From NCBI GenBank assembly GCA_964036045.1, contig OZ038378.1, forward strand, positions 132,370,001 through 132,434,000: a stretch of 64,000 nt of DNA, given 5' to 3'. The stretch comes from Eutreptiella sp. 'Long Island Sound 2002' (Eukaryota > Protista > Euglenida). Under the pieces are notes generated by a model. It saw nothing but the letters and a program-made list of their open reading frames with translations, was not told the origin of the DNA and made no database searches. Shown here piece by piece: positions 60,301 through 64,000 of the stretch (within the stretch, counting starts at the first letter, position 1; every line of letters begins with the position of its first letter). A program made the translations under genes and the position numbers.

Positions 60301-62862
60301 CCCAACGCCATCCCCCATTCACTCGCCCTCCCCCAAACCACGGCCACCTACAAGACGCCGACGAGACCGTCGAAAGCCATGCTGGACAATACTTAGCTGC
60401 GCTGCGCCTGCGAGGGGCCACCGCAACGTACGCGGCTGCACAAGCTCATTAGCCCTGCCGCCGGGACCTTTTTGGCAAACAGCAAAAATCGGCTGCTGAG
60501 CAGTTCCTTGTAAGGCTACCCTCGCCAACAGTACCACGGAGAGGAACGGGAAAACACAACCCTCGAGGCGTGAGCCCGGTAAACGTGGTGGTGTGGTCAA
60601 TGGTAATGGGGGCAACCAAAGAGGTTGAAGCTGTACAACATGCAAAGACAAGTATGAGACGGGCTCTAAAGAAATGACAACGCGCATGGCGTAGCTTGTC
60701 ACGTAGATTTTTTGCTGCCATGCGTGTGTGGGCCAACGTGCGGCAAATGTCCATACCCGAACCTTGCTCCAATGCCTTTGGGTGGATCTTTACCCTTAGG
60801 AACTTCTCGTACACAGAGGCATGCCTGGGTGCCCAACACCCAAGGATTCCATACTGTGAATGTAACACTCCGCCAGCGAGGATACTCTAGCATGGCCCCG
60901 TAGTGCAAAATTGGAAACAGGTGGAGCAAAAGGAATGACGGCATGTGCATTTCCGCAGAAGGGCCAACACGTGGCGTATTGAGACTTTTAATATCCGACC
61001 CGTTGTCCACAGTCCAATGGCGCGCACTACACGGGGATTCTCATTGTTGCATTGCCTAGTGAAAGGGATGCACAATCCCCCACAACTCTCGATGACAACT
61101 GCTTCGGGATCCACTAAATGTTCCCGCGTGGCGTTCTCTACGTGGTGGTGTCGCACCACTCCCCTCCACTTCCCCTTGATAGGCATGTATAGCTTGAGCC
61201 CCGGGCTGCTCTCCAAAATTGCAGCAATCTCCTTTTTCAAGGATCTTCTGTAATAGATGGGAGAGGTGCGACTGTTGGTCCCCTCGCTGGAACCCATTGG
61301 CGGAACCCCTTACTTTGATGGAAGCCTCTGCTAGAACTGTTGCTCGAAGCACTTCTGGCATTGGAACCCCATGCTAGAACTGCCTTCTAGCGTACCCTCT
61401 GAGTGCTTGAAACCCTTCTAGCACCCCTTCGAGCAACCCATTGGCAATACCGCACGCATTTTCCTCTACCATTCTAAACAAAGGTGGTAACTTCATACCA
61501 TACCCATTGCCTCCATCCACCCCTAGACCCTTAAAGAACGCTTTGGGGCATTGTCCCAACCACTTTTCTCTCAACCATTCTAAAAAAATGATGTTGTTTC
61601 ACTGTATGTGCATTCTGTCCATCTGCTCCCCAACCCTGTACACGCCACACCATACAAGAACGGCAAGGCCCAAGGATGTAAGTCTGGATGGAGTCCGCAA
61701 GGGGCATGCTATGTGAAGCAACCAAGTCCTCACACCACCTTCTGCACTGTGTGCACAACCGTGCCAAAGTCCCCCGCGAGGCCACGCGGACCCTGAAGCA
61801 CCGCAGACAGAAATAAATGTCTCATTCTGCACCGCGGCACAATGCCAATAGTGCGATCGCACGCCCGTCTACATGCGCGCGTGTGCCACTCCAGGGAACT
61901 GCCCGGTCAAAGCACACTTCCACTGCAACCAAAAAGCAGGCAACCGCCTTTCCAAGCGTCCCCGGGTCTTACCACGCGTCATCAAGCGCCTAGGCCTTCT
62001 TGTAAGTGCCCGCCATCACCACCAGCAGGTGCTCTGCTTGCTGCCCTCCCTCGGTGGTCCCCCTGTTGCTCTCCAACAGCTATTTCTTGACGCTCTCATC
62101 TTCCAGCTCCAACACCCTGACCCATTTCCACTCATGGTCCAGCGGCGCCTGGGTTGTGGGACACCCAGCGCGCTGTGTCTCAAGCTACGTTGTGAGACAG
62201 CCAACCAACGTTTGTGCCTTGCTGTTGGAGAAGTACATTATCGCCTTTGCTAGCACCCAGGGGAAGCAGTCGTTGAAGGTCACCATTATTTGTTGTGCCA
62301 TGGTGGCCATGCATCGCTATCCTCTCGTCTGCCACAACATTAACGGCAATCGTCCATTGGGGCTGCATCGACCATTCCCATTGCTAGGATTGAGACGATT
62401 GTTGTGACAACTGGGCAGTCTGCACCTTCTACTTGCTCTTCTCTTTGTCCTTTGGATTCTCTTTTAGCTGGTCCTTTGGCTTGTCCCACCGATCATCCTT
62501 TGGCTGCTGGTTGGGCTCGTCTGTCATCTTGTTTGTTGGCTTGTCCTTCCTCTGGGCCGTGTCCTCCGCTTGGTCTTCATCTCGCTCAACCTCAATTGTA
62601 GCGCCCCTTGTGAGCCTCTAGCCACCAACGAAGTTGCCCTTGCACCTAGTCGCACATGCGCTATACAGATGCATCTGAGAGTGGGGAATCTCATCCCCTC
62701 CAACACCTTGCAGCCCCCGCAAAGCGTACTACACACTCGTTATGGTATATCTGGTAGGTCCAACATCGGTGCCTGAAAAGGTACACGCTCGGCGTGTTGC
62801 GGACGTTTCGGGTGTTGTCTTTGTTTCTGTTCTTGTAGCCAGTACCAACCGTCCTATGTGTT

Positions 62863-63520
62863 TTGCGTGTTGCGCGCGTTGTCTCTAAGACCGTCCCTGG
62901 CGGTGGTCATCCTGTTTTACACGTTCTTTGCGTCCTGCCTGGGGCAAAAAAGCACAAGAAGGAGAAAAAGGAGAAGAAGAAACACCGGGCAAAAGACAAG
63001 AGCAAGGTTAAGGTGGTAAAGGAAGACAGGGCGGAGGAGAGGAGAGAAGAAGCAACGCTGAAGAAGAACAATACGGAGGAAAGGAAGGAGGAGGAGAAGA
63101 AGGACCCACATGGGGGGGTCAAGGAGGATTGTGGCGGAGGACGATGCTCCAAAGGAGGTCCTGGAGATCAAAGCGGAGCCAGCGCGGATGGCTGCTCTCC
63201 CTCGACGCACCGCTCGCTCTACACACCTGGAGGTGAAGGATGATCCGCCGTCACCATGTGGAAGTGCAAGCGGCAGCAGCTTCAAGACTGGCAGCAGCAA
63301 CAACAGCACGAGTGGTAGCAGCGACAGCTCGAGCAAAAGCACCGAGAGCAAGGACAGGGTGCAGATGAGCCCAGTGCATTACAAGGGGGCCTTGAAGGCG
63401 GCAAAGACAGGGGCGCCGGAGAAGGGGGAGGAGAGGGCGAAGCCCCTTTTCCTTGTGGAGACCCGTGGCCGCTCCCAAGCAAGCTCCACGTTGGCGTGTC
63501 AAGGCAGGGGACGTTCACAG
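62863..63520 (+). pseudogene. Low-complexity K/E-rich then S-rich coding segment, possibly another ORF1/gag
   Basis: KKHKKEKKEKKKH... and GSSDSSSKS resemble the K/S tract in element 2 ORF1 in composition; one frameshift. Confidence 0.3.
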
Positions 63521-64000
63521 GATCCGCACAACATGTGTGATCCATCCAAATCCTCAACACCTTTTTCAGCAATGAGTACGCCTTCTCGCTGGGAATTTTC
63601 GTCCTCTAACACAAGAATTGCGGCGAGCAGCCGAAGTCGGCAACTGCGGCTAAAGGTACATGTGTGCATTGCGTTCGGAGTGATGTGCATGCAGTCTCTC
63701 CATTTGTCCCTAGGGTCCGTAGGCCGGGTTCCCCGCGAAGAATTCGTTGCGCATGTTGTATCCGCATTTGTCCCTGGTGACCTTCGTGTCGTTTGGCGCG
63801 TATTTTGTGTCATGCACTGCGTCAAGATCTGGGCCTTGCGGCCACGATGGTGTGCCGCGCCGAGCCCCGGGAATTCCAAGCTGTGCTATCCTGTGGAACG
63901 AAGAACTGCATTTCGGCCACGAAGGCAATGGGGGTTGTACCCAACCGCTCGGTGAGAGGGCGCCGCCACGAGTGTTCTTTGTCGCGTTTGCGATTGCGTC

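Noticed and set aside
1-64000. rRNA genes, intact tRNAs, spliced-leader sequence, prokaryotic operons
   Set aside because: No conserved signatures were recognised.

Overview
This is repeat-saturated, GC-rich eukaryotic (protist-like) DNA. It has canonical GT-AG introns and no intact host housekeeping gene, rRNA or CRISPR that I can support. The window is a nest of decayed mobile elements. (1) Three tyrosine-recombinase (YR) retrotransposons: two show the gag-YR-RT/RNaseH order of VIPER/TATE, and the third is truncated after YR. The best preserved (~46.4-52.5 kb, minus) keeps split direct repeats, sits inside a LINE ORF2, has an internal ~1.8-kb inversion, and its ORF1 carries a ubiquitin-like domain ending in RLTGG fused to gag. 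(2) Two APE-RT-RNaseH non-LTR retrotransposons plus a 5'-truncated LINE with a 13-bp TSD. (3) An intron-containing DDE transposase with RAG1/Transib-like motifs, next to 81-bp, 79-bp fold-back and hexamer arrays. (4) Two diverged 2OG-Fe(II) dioxygenase-like pseudogenes in inverted orientation around a ~350-bp palindrome. (5) 1.5-kb and ~3.1-kb tandem duplications. Many premature stops and repeat variants are CTAG, suggesting a methylation/deamination signature. All domain calls are motif recognition by eye, not database results, and many boundaries are approximate. A euglenozoan-like host is only an inference from the element architecture.
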